Source: Tortispora ganteri (lineage: Eukaryota). From it: a stretch of 64,000 bases of DNA. Shown piece after piece: positions 31,077 through 42,352 of this stretch. Each line of letters opens with the position of its first letter. The stretch's first letter is position 1. The stretch spans positions 124,001 through 188,000 of the forward strand of contig PPNB01000013.1 of NCBI GenBank assembly GCA_003707115.1, written 5' to 3'. Both the position numbers and the translations under genes were made by a program. Under the pieces are notes generated by a model that had not been told where the DNA came from, searched no databases, and was given only the letters and a program-made list of their open reading frames with translations.

Positions 31077-32189
31077 CATACGCTGTCTCTTCCTTGTGCT
31101 ATCAAAGATATCTTCGCGGTGTCTCGCAAGGTTTCGCAGGTTCTCCGTCACCGCAGACGTATCAAGATTAGTAGTTGCCGCACGCGCTTCGGCCTTTGCT
31201 TTCTCCTGTTTCCATTTCGGATCAAGCAGCTCAACGCGTACATGTTCAGGATAGTCCTCTTCAGGCACATACCGTTTGCACAACTGGCATAATGTCATTC
31301 GCCGTTGATTCGCATCAGTTTTATTGTGTTTCTTTTGTTTCTTCTCGTCGTTCTCGTCGCTGTCGTCGCTGTCCGCATATGCATATGCAGGACCGTCCTC
31401 AATAGTAAGCATCTGGTTTTTGGTCTCCAGACTAGACATCTGTAGATCTCTGAGAACTAATGGTGGTGGAAGCAGCCGAGATCGGTCCTCTTCTGTGAAC
31501 TCGATTGTCTGTACAATCACAAAGTCTTGCCAGTCGATCTCACTGAACTCGATTGCTTCTTTTTGTTTGGCTTCCTGTACCTCTTGCTCTTTTTGGAATA
31601 TTTCTTGTTGGTATACTGCGCGCTGTTTAGCCCATTCATACACAACATACTTATTGTCTATTATCTCTTTGATGCGATTCTTAAGCGAAATAGGCGCTCT
31701 TAATATAGTTTGGTACTGCGCTATCATCGCTGAAAAGTATTTATGCAACGAATGTTTAGGATTAATAAATGCAAACTGCGCGTTGTCTCTATATAATGTT
31801 CGTAGTTCGTTTGTGGCCCTTTCGACACCGTTACTTGCCGCATAAAGTGCTGCAAGTCTAAGTACTTCTATGTCCTCTGGCGCTGCGAGCGGTAATGGTT
31901 CACTGAATTCAAACTTGTATGGTTCTTTGATCTCTAATTTGGTTTCAACAGGGACAGGCGAATTTTCAGAAATCACAGATCTACCCGCTTGAATCTCATG
32001 CACTCGCCATTTGTAGTAGCTATAGTACTCGTTGTCTTCTAGCAGGAACGTCAACTTACCATCTTGCATAGCCGTACGTTTAAGGCGATCTTCAAATTCT
32101 ACACCATTTCTTTCAACGTATTGTACCGTCTTTTCGACAACATCACGAACCTCTGAAGGCGGAATAACAATGCCTTCAGGGACATCCAT
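31071..32189 (-). CDS. PRP21: SF3a subunit Prp21/SF3A1
   Basis: IPP.EVR..VEKT..YV.RNG.EFE SURP domain, second SURP, IDWQDFVIVQTIEF, HVRVELLDPKWK. Confidence 0.93.
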   Translation of the reverse strand: MDVPEGIVIPPSEVRDVVEKTVQYVERNGVEFEDRLKRTAMQDGKLTFLLEDNEYYSYYKWRVHEIQAGRSVISENSPVPVETKLEIKEPYKFEFSEPLPLAAPEDIEVLRLAALYAASNGVERATNELRTLYRDNAQFAFINPKHSLHKYFSAMIAQYQTILRAPISLKNRIKEIIDNKYVVYEWAKQRAVYQQEIFQKEQEVQEAKQKEAIEFSEIDWQDFVIVQTIEFTEEDRSRLLPPPLVLRDLQMSSLETKNQMLTIEDGPAYAYADSDDSDENDEKKQKKHNKTDANQRRMTLCQLCKRYVPEEDYPEHVRVELLDPKWKQEKAKAEARAATTNLDTSAVTENLRNLARHREDIFDSTRKRQRMS

Positions 32190-33392
32190 AGTTGTCGCTC
32201 GATGAGAACCTATTGGTACTACTTAGAAGCCCTTGACAACCATGAACCGACTGATCATTAAACAGGGACAATAATCCATATATTTACGTCAACTATACTA
32301 AAATAGATATATTAAACCAATAAGTTACTATAAAAGAATCATTTTTAAGTATACATTATGCTTCTGGAACATAGTAGTTCAATCCTACGGCTGTAAACAC
32401 CAGCTACATTGCGTTGAGTTGATGGCCTCTAAATACGCCATGACCACTAATCTGATCAAAGTCCATTCTGGATCCCAGAAATAATAGAATAATTACTTAG
32501 TAGGTCAGTTATACTGTTAGACTGCTAACACTACCATATAATTTATAAAATTATAGTTGTTGCCGTCATCCTTGATCCTACTTAGATCGAAGCGGTCGAT
32601 CGTATGGTTATCCAATAACACACTCATATGTGATTTCAAATAATAAATACACGCTTCCAAAATGTATTTCTAGTGATGAATCGCTTGCTTTCATGTAAAC
32701 TAGCAAATTCACTCTGTAGAGATACGACGCTAAAACTCAAGCCCAGGGGCCAATACAAAGCTTCAGATACTGAAGCAAACGGCTCACCACTTTCAGATGT
32801 TGAGATGATATATGTTATAGCTTAGAACGTTAAAGATGACTATGATCTCTTCAACAAAGAGTATGCAGTGACTTTAGGTTGAATCCAAGTTTTTGTCTGG
32901 TTCAGGTATTGGAAGTAATAGTCGCAGAAACTGGAAGATTACATACCACAGTTTCCAATGCAGTTACTGTATTTCATACAATATCTGCAATTATCAGACT
33001 GTCAAGTAAAAAAATCAAGGTAAAATGCACTATAATAGTATGATATTTATCTGACATTGCTTTTTATACAAACATATTAATGACAATAAACAACTTTCCC
33101 CGTTCCAGAAATGTCTAGGAATAGTTTACTAAAGCCAAAAGTGTTACACCCTTGTTATCTCTATACATTCAGCAACAGATCGATCTAAACCAATTTAATA
33201 TAATTAATTGAATTAAATACATGGCCATATGCAATTCATTCAATTACCAACCTTATCTCTTATGAAAGGCCGTTCTGCGGTCAGTACGACGTTCCTTTTA
33301 AAATGGAGGAAGTGTAGTTACCCGGTCGTGCATCCAACACCGACCACTGAACTTGTCTTAGCCACTCAAACAGCTACACGAACAATTAAGAA

Positions 33393-34718
33393 ATGGACGG
33401 CGAAACAGTGAAACCGGAGAAAGATTGGTCAAAAGAGGCTGACGAAGTTATTCCAGCGGCAATTGAACTAGCAAAGTCTGATCTGCATGCTGGACTAGAC
33501 AAACTGCTTACTTTAGAGAAGCAGACAAGACAAAGTGCGGATCTCGCATCTTCAAAACGCACACTAGCCGCTATCCTCGATGTCTGTAAATCTGCCGGAA
33601 AATGGACACTGCTTATTGAACAGATGACGTTTTTATCAAAGAAACACGGTCAACTCAAGCAGGCGATCGCATCTATGGTACAGCACGTCATCTCACTGCT
33701 TGACCAGACTCCCGATGAACACACCAAAGTGGCTGTTATAGAGTCAATTCGCTCCGTCACAGAAGGAAAAATATTCGTCGAAGTCGAACGTGCTAGAGTC
33801 ACAAGAGAATTAGCTAAAATTAAAGAACGAACTGACTTAGCGTCTGCTGCTGAAATCCTCTGCGAACTCCAGGTAGAAACGTACGGCGCCATGGACACCA
33901 GAGAGAAAACCGATTTCATTCTCGAGCAAATCAGACTTTGTATAGCCCAGTCTGACTTTAATCAAGCAAGGATATTGAGCCGTAAAATAATGCCTAGATA
34001 TTTTAGTTCCGCTGTAACTTCAGCAGACGACAAAGATTTAACCAGGCAACGTCTTTGTTACTACAATTTCATGGTACAGATTGACTTGCATGATTCAGAC
34101 TACCTCAACGTCTGTCGTCATTATTACTCTATATTTTCTACTAAGGAAGTTGCAGAAGATATACATCAGTACTCTTCTGCTTTGCAAAGCGTTGTCGTTT
34201 TTGTGATCCTCTCTCCTTACTCTAATGAACAATCAGACCTGATCTTTAGAATCAAGGCTGAACCTAAACTAGAAGAGCTACCGCAATGTCTTGAAGCTAT
34301 TAAGATGTTTACTGCCTCTGAACTTATGAGCTGGCCACTCGTGCAACAATTAGCTGAACCTTTATTTGCTAGCATTTCTATAGTCTCCTCAAAGGACCTC
34401 ATCAAGGATCTTCATAAACGAGTTATAGAACACAACATCAGAATAGTTTCAAAATGCTACACTAGAATCTCAATGGATCGTCTTCATTCTTTGCTGGACT
34501 TATCGCATTCGGAAATTGAGTCTTATCTATCCGAAATGGTCGTCTCTGGTTCTATTTTTGCTCGCATCAATAGACCAGAACGTATCATCTCTTTTACCAA
34601 GGCCAAAGACACCGATGAGATATTAAACGACTGGTCTCATAAAATATCTTCTCTTCTCGGTCATATCGAAACTATCGAGCACCTCATAACTAAAGAAGAG
34701 ATGATCAATGCGTTGTAA
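33393..34718 (+). CDS. RPN5: 26S proteasome lid subunit Rpn5
   Basis: LEKQTRQSADL, SKKHGQLKQAI, VTEGKIFVEVERAR, ELQVETYG, RVIEHNIR, PCI domain. Confidence 0.97.
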   Translation: MDGETVKPEKDWSKEADEVIPAAIELAKSDLHAGLDKLLTLEKQTRQSADLASSKRTLAAILDVCKSAGKWTLLIEQMTFLSKKHGQLKQAIASMVQHVISLLDQTPDEHTKVAVIESIRSVTEGKIFVEVERARVTRELAKIKERTDLASAAEILCELQVETYGAMDTREKTDFILEQIRLCIAQSDFNQARILSRKIMPRYFSSAVTSADDKDLTRQRLCYYNFMVQIDLHDSDYLNVCRHYYSIFSTKEVAEDIHQYSSALQSVVVFVILSPYSNEQSDLIFRIKAEPKLEELPQCLEAIKMFTASELMSWPLVQQLAEPLFASISIVSSKDLIKDLHKRVIEHNIRIVSKCYTRISMDRLHSLLDLSHSEIESYLSEMVVSGSIFARINRPERIISFTKAKDTDEILNDWSHKISSLLGHIETIEHLITKEEMINAL

Positions 34719-34808
34719 TGCTGCAAAACGACTCGCTGTAGTAAATATTTCTACCGTACTAAGATTAAGACTCATGTAAGCTTTGGCGCATTGTATTAGC
34801 TAATTCCT

Positions 34809-37800
34809 TTATTCTACAACTGCTTTTTCGATTACTTCAGTAGGTGCAGGCTCCTCATGTTGCTTGATCTCAACTTTTTCTTCTTCGGCAGTGACAACAT
34901 CTGAAGCTTCCGGTAAAGTCTCAGACGCCGTTTCAATAGCATCTTCCATTTCAATATCTTTCTTCTCAGATATAGTCGATTCGACAATATCTGTAGTTTC
35001 TATAGGAGATTTAGAAACAGAAGGGACTTCTTCCTGTTTAGATGAAACTTCAGCGATTTGAATCGCCTCAGCCTCTAGCTTCTCCCGGGCACGCTCTAAC
35101 GCTTCGGGTCCCTCTTTGATCCATATGTCATAAAGTTTAGTTGCATTTTCTGCTTCTGCCGGACCAGATATAATGTTAATCCAACCATTGGGCCCATTCC
35201 AAAACTCTGATAGTCGTTCCGAACAAATAGCAACAAACTTTTCTTCCCTGAGTATTTGATTCCTGAAAAATGCGTCAGTTTCAGCCTTCTCTTTGGCAAG
35301 GTCTCTTTCTTCTTCAGGCTCATCACCATCCTCAAATGTAGGTGGAAGAGATAATCCGCGCATGAAAACATCTTGCGTACCAGGCTCAAAGAATAACTTG
35401 TAAGTATTAAGGCAAATGCGAATATCCAGATCTGATTTGACAAGCGAACGAGTAAAATCTATCTCCTGAATATCTTGGGCAAAAGAACGTCGAATAAAAG
35501 GGGTTCTGATCAGGTCAACTATTAGGCCTTCGGTAGGGCTAGAATTGACATATGAAGTAATATAGTAGTTCCATTTATCCTTTGCAACTGATCCGGCACT
35601 TGCGCTAGTAACTGATGGAGTAAGATATTGAATAGACGCTGTGGAATCAGTTGTATCGTATACAATGCGAAACATTTGATCATCATACTCGGCTTCAGCA
35701 TGAATGCGATAGGATATCTGCTCTTGTATTGTTGTTGTAGGCTTGGCACGATCATTTTCAAAAAGTAATATCATATCAGAGCTCGCAGAATCAGTAATAA
35801 TGGAGTGAATATGCTTGGCAATGGCTCCCAATAGTTTGTCAATAGTATAAACCTTGAAAGCTCTATTTCTATAAGCATGTCGCAATGCCTCTTCGAACCA
35901 AGTTTGCTCAATTTCACCCTCAATGTTCAACTCACAGAGAGTAAGAAGTTGCCCATAACAATCCTCTGGTTTAAACTCCAGTCCCATATCTGCTAGCTTT
36001 GTAGAGATAATGCCCAGATCTTTAGCAAACCCTACAGGTTTTCTTGTTCTAATCTCTTCATTTACTGTCTCTTCTAGATTCCTGACTTCGTTCAGACGAT
36101 CAAAACATATCTGCAATAGCCGGAAAAAACAGTATATGGTAGCGTTACCGTATAAGCTAAACTGGTGCCTTTCACTGATAGTAATCTCACTCGGGGCAGG
36201 CTGGTCCTTCAATTTTGGATTGCTCGAAGATCCGTTAGCATGACGTATCCAAGTTTCTGGGGGTTGGTCCATGGACATTTCAGTATCTCCAGCTTGCTCG
36301 TTGTCAACATCGCCCAAGGTGGAAGTAGCTCCAGTATCTACTTCGCCATTAATCTCGCTAGATGAAGTGCTCCGTATACTTTGCGCATGCTTGGACTTCT
36401 TGAGGACATCACGCAACGAATTAGGTTTCGTCTTACCACTGTCTTTGCCCGAAGATGTTTCTTTAGAGCTATCTTGCTCCTCTGTAGTTTCTGTGGCTTT
36501 GGGGTTTCGTTGGGTGATTCCAAAGAAAGTAGATATAAACAAAGAGACGAAAGCTTTCATGCGATCCTTATCAGCCGCTGAATAACTGGAGTTTTCAATG
36601 TGAAGATTGAGGAGACGCAAAATATCATAAAATGTTTCCTTTTGTTTGAACTCATACACCAATGTTTTCTTAGGAACAGGGGTAAACGGATTACCCTTCT
36701 TATTCGTTGTTTCATTCTTCACGGTTTCAATTTCAGTGAGAAGGTACTTAGACGTGAGAGTTCGTTTGTCAGTCTGCTTAAATGTAAGCCCACGATGATC
36801 GAGAGATTTGTAGAATACTTTGGCTTCAGTTTCCCGCCAAACCTTATTCCACTCACGTTGTGCCCGTTTCCATTCTTCAGCTTTCTGCTTCAACCTGTTC
36901 AATACAATTGGAACAGCAACTGTAGGATTTTCATGAATTGCATCAATGACTTCTACTGCTCTTTCCTGGTCATATATTTTCTTCAATACCTTGCGATATA
37001 TCGATGGCGATGTATGACCCAGGCCAGGGGGTAATTTAAAATTCGCACGCTCTTCCGCGGTCATGTTTGAAATTCTATTGGCAATAGGTTCCATCAACTG
37101 AATAGATCTGGTGCACAGACCAATGTAATGATCATACTCATGGCGCTCTTCTTCAACACGATGGAGGATCTCTTCATATTGGTTCTTGCGATGCGCAACA
37201 AATCCAGAGTCTTCAGATGCCCAGGTAGGATGGCCGACCCATTCATCATTCAACACGTCCCAGCACATGGCATCGCGACCAGATGACGGCATCAGAATCT
37301 CAGATCGAGGAAGTTGACGATATGAGGGTCCTTCGGCTTTGCAGAGAGACAGTTCAAGCTTATGTTTCTTTCCTGGAAAGTTTTCAATTTCCAAAGGAGA
37401 TACAGTATAGCCAACGAAGCGCTTAAACCAATCAACCAACTCTTTGTTTCCACCCAAGAATCCATCCACTCGCTCGACTAATGTGTTCTTATCGATCAGA
37501 TCGTTGGTAAATAGATTCAGGACTTTCAGAAACTCATTGTAGGTTTGTTTGTTGCCGATAAACTTCTTCGCTCTGTCGAAAAATGATAGCTCTTCAGAGG
37601 TTGCTCCAGTTGGCAAAGGTGGAGGAGAAGGTGCCAATGGAACTGGTAAAGAAGGAATCAAATTAGGACTGACACTAGCATCTTTTGTTTGCCGGCGTTT
37701 ATTCAAACGATTTGTAGCTGTCTGAGAGTCGGTAGTAATATCGCTCGCTCGACGTTTCTTCTCTTTGCCTGCAAGAATAGGAGGAGCAAAATTACCTACA

Positions 37801-39761
37801 GGTGGTAGACGAGACTGCCCATTGTAGATTAAATCAGAAGGTCCTCTATTGTCGACGGCGGTCATAGGTGGTACTGGAGGTTGTTGAGATGTATCTGGCA
37901 AGAACTGCTTAAAATCATCCAAGAGATCTGGTGCTTCGCGAAACAAAGCAGTCACTTGAGTGTATACCTCTCCTATTGGTTTTTGATCACGCTGATAAGT
38001 TTGCAATATCTCCAAAAAGTTCTTATAGATATCGGGCTGAGAGGCAAAGCGATTTTTGATTTTATTGACATAGGAAATGGCCTGGTTAAACTCAACTGGT
38101 CCGCCAGAATGACGTCTTTCTGAGTTTGCAGGAACGTCTTGGCTTTGTGTCGAGTGCAACATTTGAGCAGCCAAATGTTGCTGTTGCTGTTGTTGCTGTT
38201 GGTATAGTTGCGATTGTGCATAAGGAAGCGGCTGTGAGTTGTGCTCGTTACTTTCAGAGCCTGTTACAGGCATAAACTGACCTCCCATATGCTGAGGCGT
38301 AGCTTGCTGAGGTGGGATCATTGGAGCTTGCTGTTGGGGCTGCATAGGCGCTGGCAAGGTTGTTGGAATTTGCGATCTAGGAGGCTGGGCGATCTGCATG
38401 TGAGAAGAGTTCGGTCCAGTTTGTCCTAAATATAAACCGTGTTGTTGCGCCTGAGGCGTCTGCTGTGGTTGTGTCGACATTGAAGCAGGACCTTGAGAGT
38501 GTAATTGGGGGGATTGCGCAGACGCAAACCCAGCACTAGGCGTACGAGAATGAACCGGTTGGGAGGGCTGATCCGCATACTGATGATTCTGGTTACCTGT
38601 CCTAGATGGTTGTGGCTGCTGTGGTTGCTGCGTCTGCGGCTGATTTAGGGGTTCTTGGTTTTGTTGCATACCTGGTTGCGGGTGTTGTGAACCGTTTAGC
38701 TGATCCCATCGTTGACTATCTACAATTGGCGCTGATCCGTCCGGGCGAGTAGTGGTACCCATAGGGGTAGTCACACGGATCGGATTAGGGTCAGAAGGAT
38801 CAGTCGAACACTCGATTCTATAGCCAGGAGGTAGGAACGTATTAAACCCTTGGATGAGGTTAGGATGCCCAGCAAAAAGGTTGGAAACTCGATCAATGAC
38901 ACCAGGTGTATCGATACTTGAGAGAAGTTAGTATGAATGGTAAAAAAGAGGAGAAAGAGCTGTGTTTCGGTTTCAATTCTATCGGGCCTAGCAGAATTGC
39001 TTTGCAATAGTAATCATCAGTGTCAGTGGAACAAAAATATGCCGATCGATAAAGAGGGGAGAAAGCAATGTTAGAACTGGGCGGCTCGAAGACTCGGGTA
39101 TGCAGGAGAAGCAAGTGATTCACGTGACTATAGTTTGTTTTAGGAAAATTAGAAAGCACAAGATAGCGAACAAGGGTCCCGGGGTTCACAAATTGAGGTG
39201 CTATAGTGTGAGCCGCATGTTGATTACCCGGTTCTGGGAAGTGAGCCAATGGTCCCCCTCCCCCTCCGGGCTGCCGCACTTCAGCTGCGTGAAAAGCTAT
39301 GACGGGTAGGGTAATAACACTGGACTAACAGCTGCCCTTGACGTGACAAAACTGACAATCGGTCAAACTAGTACATTATATGACGAGAGATTACTAACAG
39401 CACGAAAATAGGGTAAGAAAAGGTTGGAACACAGGAGAAGCTGTGAGCGTACGCTAATGGCGTTCGAATGATAAGTCCTGTTTTCCCCCTCCCTTTCTCC
39501 CTTTCAGCCTTCAAGGAGGCTGAACATACTGCGGCAAAAATAGAAGCGAATATTGACTTACCTTTGGGATTTAAAATCTTTCATGATGTCCAAAAACCGG
39601 TTATAAACGTCGGGCTGGTTCTGGAACTGAACTTTTACTTGATCCAAGTAGGACAAAGCATCCTTTACGTTCAGAGGTCGATAAGCGGCGGCTGCCGCTG
39701 CTGCTGCTACAACAGCAGCCTGCGACATATTATTTCTCATACTATCAACAGGGAGTGACAT
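34809..39761 (-). CDS. SIN3: Sin3 corepressor, 2 exons (39562-39761, 34809-38916)
   Basis: Exon 1 [25 protein letters not shown] joins in frame (AG|T = Ser) to [32 protein letters not shown] to complete PAH1; then PAH2, PAH3, HID (GPSYR.LP, VLNDEWV.HPTW.SED) and the Sin3 C-terminal domain. Confidence 0.96.
38917..39561 (-). other. SIN3 intron, 645 nt, inside PAH1
   Basis: GTAAGT donor at 39561, TACTAAC branch, AAG acceptor ending at 38917; splicing restores the PAH1 frame. Confidence 0.9.
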
Positions 39762-40046
39762 TCTTGATGTCGTGAAATCTTACCAGCACAAAAAGCGCGT
39801 TTGATTGCAGGTTGAGCGGGAAAGAAAAACACTCGCGATGTGTTGGAAGAGAGAAAGTTAGGGAGTGGGTCACTGCCAAAGTCTGTTCCATTTTCTATTT
39901 CCTAAAACAGTAAGTGCGGCACAATTGAAGGTGCCATTTATTTCTGGGACTAATTAGATAGTGACGATAGTGATAGGAACATACAAATGATTACTAATAT
40001 TCGACTTATAGTCTAACTGAGTTGGTAATTCATTAGATTGAGGCTC

Positions 40047-41879
40047 TTATGATGATCCAGACTTATCGGACTTGATGATTTGGCTAAGCAGTTGGCGGAT
40101 ATCTTGCAGGTACTCCAGCAGAGGTGACTTGCTATCAGGTATTGAGATTGTGTCGTATTCTCGAGACCGAGATCGGCCTTTAATATAACGAACTTTGATT
40201 CCGTCAGAGGAGATAACGCATTTGTCATGGTTTGAGAGGTTATATTGGATCTGCCCAGAGTTAAAAATGAACGCTATTCCCTTAGGAAGACGGTGATAAG
40301 CCACAACGTAGGGAAGCAGTGCGCCCTCTTCATCTGAAGCATTAGACTTTTCGTTAGTCGGGTTTGCCTGGCTCAAATTTTTTGTCATATAAGTAAAGAA
40401 TTGAGACAGGAGATCCAACTTATCTGCTAATGGTCCCAAAGGACTGGCATCTTTTGAGATATTGGTCCACTTGCCGTGCGTATCGACGTGTTGCAAGGCG
40501 TTGGCTTTCTCGCGACCAGCAAGGGTAATACCGTCGTTGAATAAGACAGCGTATGTGCTATCTGAAAGTGTATATCCAAGGCCGTACCTTCCTGAATAAT
40601 CTACCCAACTGAGCAAGTGTGGAGTGAATGCGCCGGGCTCGGTTTGACTCATTGAGGATATTGAATAATCGGATCTACGATAGTCGATGAGCATCATGAG
40701 AGCATTTTCAAGGCGCTTAGCTTTTTCAACGGTAGATACTCCCTGCGCCAAAGGATGGTATTTCATATGGGCATCTCTTCGGAAGGATAATTGATGACCT
40801 TCAGCGGAGATGGGGATTCCAGTTCGCGTTTGAAGGCCAGATAATTGTTTGGCAGAATCGATTGGCTTTTGATTTTTGTTGCAGGAGATTAAATACTCTT
40901 TGGCAGAAATGAAGTTCATTTCGCTATGAAGCGGCTTAAAATGAACGGCTGATTTAGGAAGCGTCTCCGGTACGCTCTCAAGACAGTATTCAGAATTTAG
41001 TATGTCTGCCGGAGAAGGTCTGTCGCGTGGATTTGGAGAAAGCAACTTCTGTAGTGTTTCAGTTGCATTTATAGTCAACTTGGCTGTGGGAGGGATACTG
41101 TAGCAGTGATCCAAAATTCTGGCGTATATTTTCTCGACGCTCTTGTCATGGAAAGGAGCCACACCAACGAACATAGTATACATCATACAGCCGATGGACC
41201 ATATATCGACCGGATAGGAGTAGCCTTCTGAATCTTTTGCGAGTATTTCAGGAGCCATATAGTTTGGTGTTCCGCATATTGATTTTTTTAATTCTCGATC
41301 GCTAGTGAGCTGAGTTGCCATTCCAAAATCGCCGAGTTTGACTCTCATATTTTGGTCGACCAATATGTTCCCAGGTTTGAGATCTCTGTGAATAATTTTG
41401 TGTTTATGCAAGTGCTGCACAGCGGAGAGGATAGGTAGAAGAAAGTACCTGACTTCGTGACACATGAGAACGCCCCGCGTTTTGATAATGTCGGCTAGCG
41501 AATGAGACCGACATAGCTCTAGGATCATATAGAAGTTGATATCATCTTCAAAGCAGTCATAGAACTTAACTATACTGTTATGGATCATTGACTTATGAAT
41601 TTGAACCTCATTGAGAAGTTTGGTTTTGTCAGATGTATTCTTAATACAGCACTTAGCGATAGTTTTGGCGGCATAAACCACTCCTGAATGGTCTTGTACT
41701 TTAAAGCATCTGCCAAATCCACCTTCACCGAGCAGAGGGCCAGTTCTATACTTCTGCTGCTTGTCCCCCTTGATAATTTTAGGTGGAGTTTTGCAGAACG
41801 ACGAAGCTTTAGCTTTCCGCTTCAGCTGTTGTCCTTGTACGGGTCTGGCCCTATTAACGTCATAGTCATTCAAAACCAT
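40047..41879 (-). CDS. CDC5: Polo-like kinase (Cdc5 family, divergent)
   Basis: LGEGGFGRCF, AAKTIAK, HRDLKPGN, DFG, ICGTPNYMAPE; polo box WVDYS..YGLGY.LSD...VLFND; first ATG is 41879. Confidence 0.88.
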   Translation of the reverse strand: MVLNDYDVNRARPVQGQQLKRKAKASSFCKTPPKIIKGDKQQKYRTGPLLGEGGFGRCFKVQDHSGVVYAAKTIAKCCIKNTSDKTKLLNEVQIHKSMIHNSIVKFYDCFEDDINFYMILELCRSHSLADIIKTRGVLMCHEVRYFLLPILSAVQHLHKHKIIHRDLKPGNILVDQNMRVKLGDFGMATQLTSDRELKKSICGTPNYMAPEILAKDSEGYSYPVDIWSIGCMMYTMFVGVAPFHDKSVEKIYARILDHCYSIPPTAKLTINATETLQKLLSPNPRDRPSPADILNSEYCLESVPETLPKSAVHFKPLHSEMNFISAKEYLISCNKNQKPIDSAKQLSGLQTRTGIPISAEGHQLSFRRDAHMKYHPLAQGVSTVEKAKRLENALMMLIDYRRSDYSISSMSQTEPGAFTPHLLSWVDYSGRYGLGYTLSDSTYAVLFNDGITLAGREKANALQHVDTHGKWTNISKDASPLGPLADKLDLLSQFFTYMTKNLSQANPTNEKSNASDEEGALLPYVVAYHRLPKGIAFIFNSGQIQYNLSNHDKCVISSDGIKVRYIKGRSRSREYDTISIPDSKSPLLEYLQDIRQLLSQIIKSDKSGSS

Positions 41880-42352
41880 CAAAAACTGGCTTTATCTTTG
41901 CTTAAAGAATGTGTAGAAATATAGATACAGTCGATGTAAAAAATAATACTCGCTATATTTCTTTTAAGTTGTATATAATCCCTGTTTATTATTGATATAC
42001 TACCTGTTTGGGAATATTATTATTAAACCTATACTTTACAAACGCTAACTCTAAAATGACTGAATGAGAAGTTACACCACCGCCAATAGCATCTTCTGCA
42101 GCGATTTACATGCGAATATTATCAGCTCATTGTTTTAGTGCTAAAATAAATGCATGATTAATTGATAATCAGTCAATAACTGCTTGTTTTATACCTTTAG
42201 TCTACATCAACACCTTCAATCCTGCAGTCGACGTATAGCCTAGTTACGGTAACTTCGCATGGCGTTTTCACCCACCCAGCCGTTAAGGGTTGCGTGCACA
42301 TCGCGAGTTCCCTTTAAATGTATCCTGGCCCTTACGATTGGCTACGGGATTG

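Noticed and set aside
32845..32890. CTCTTCAACAAAGAG..TGAATCCAA resembling part of yeast U3 snoRNA
   Set aside because: Box A and the downstream C'/B/C/D boxes are not in the expected arrangement.
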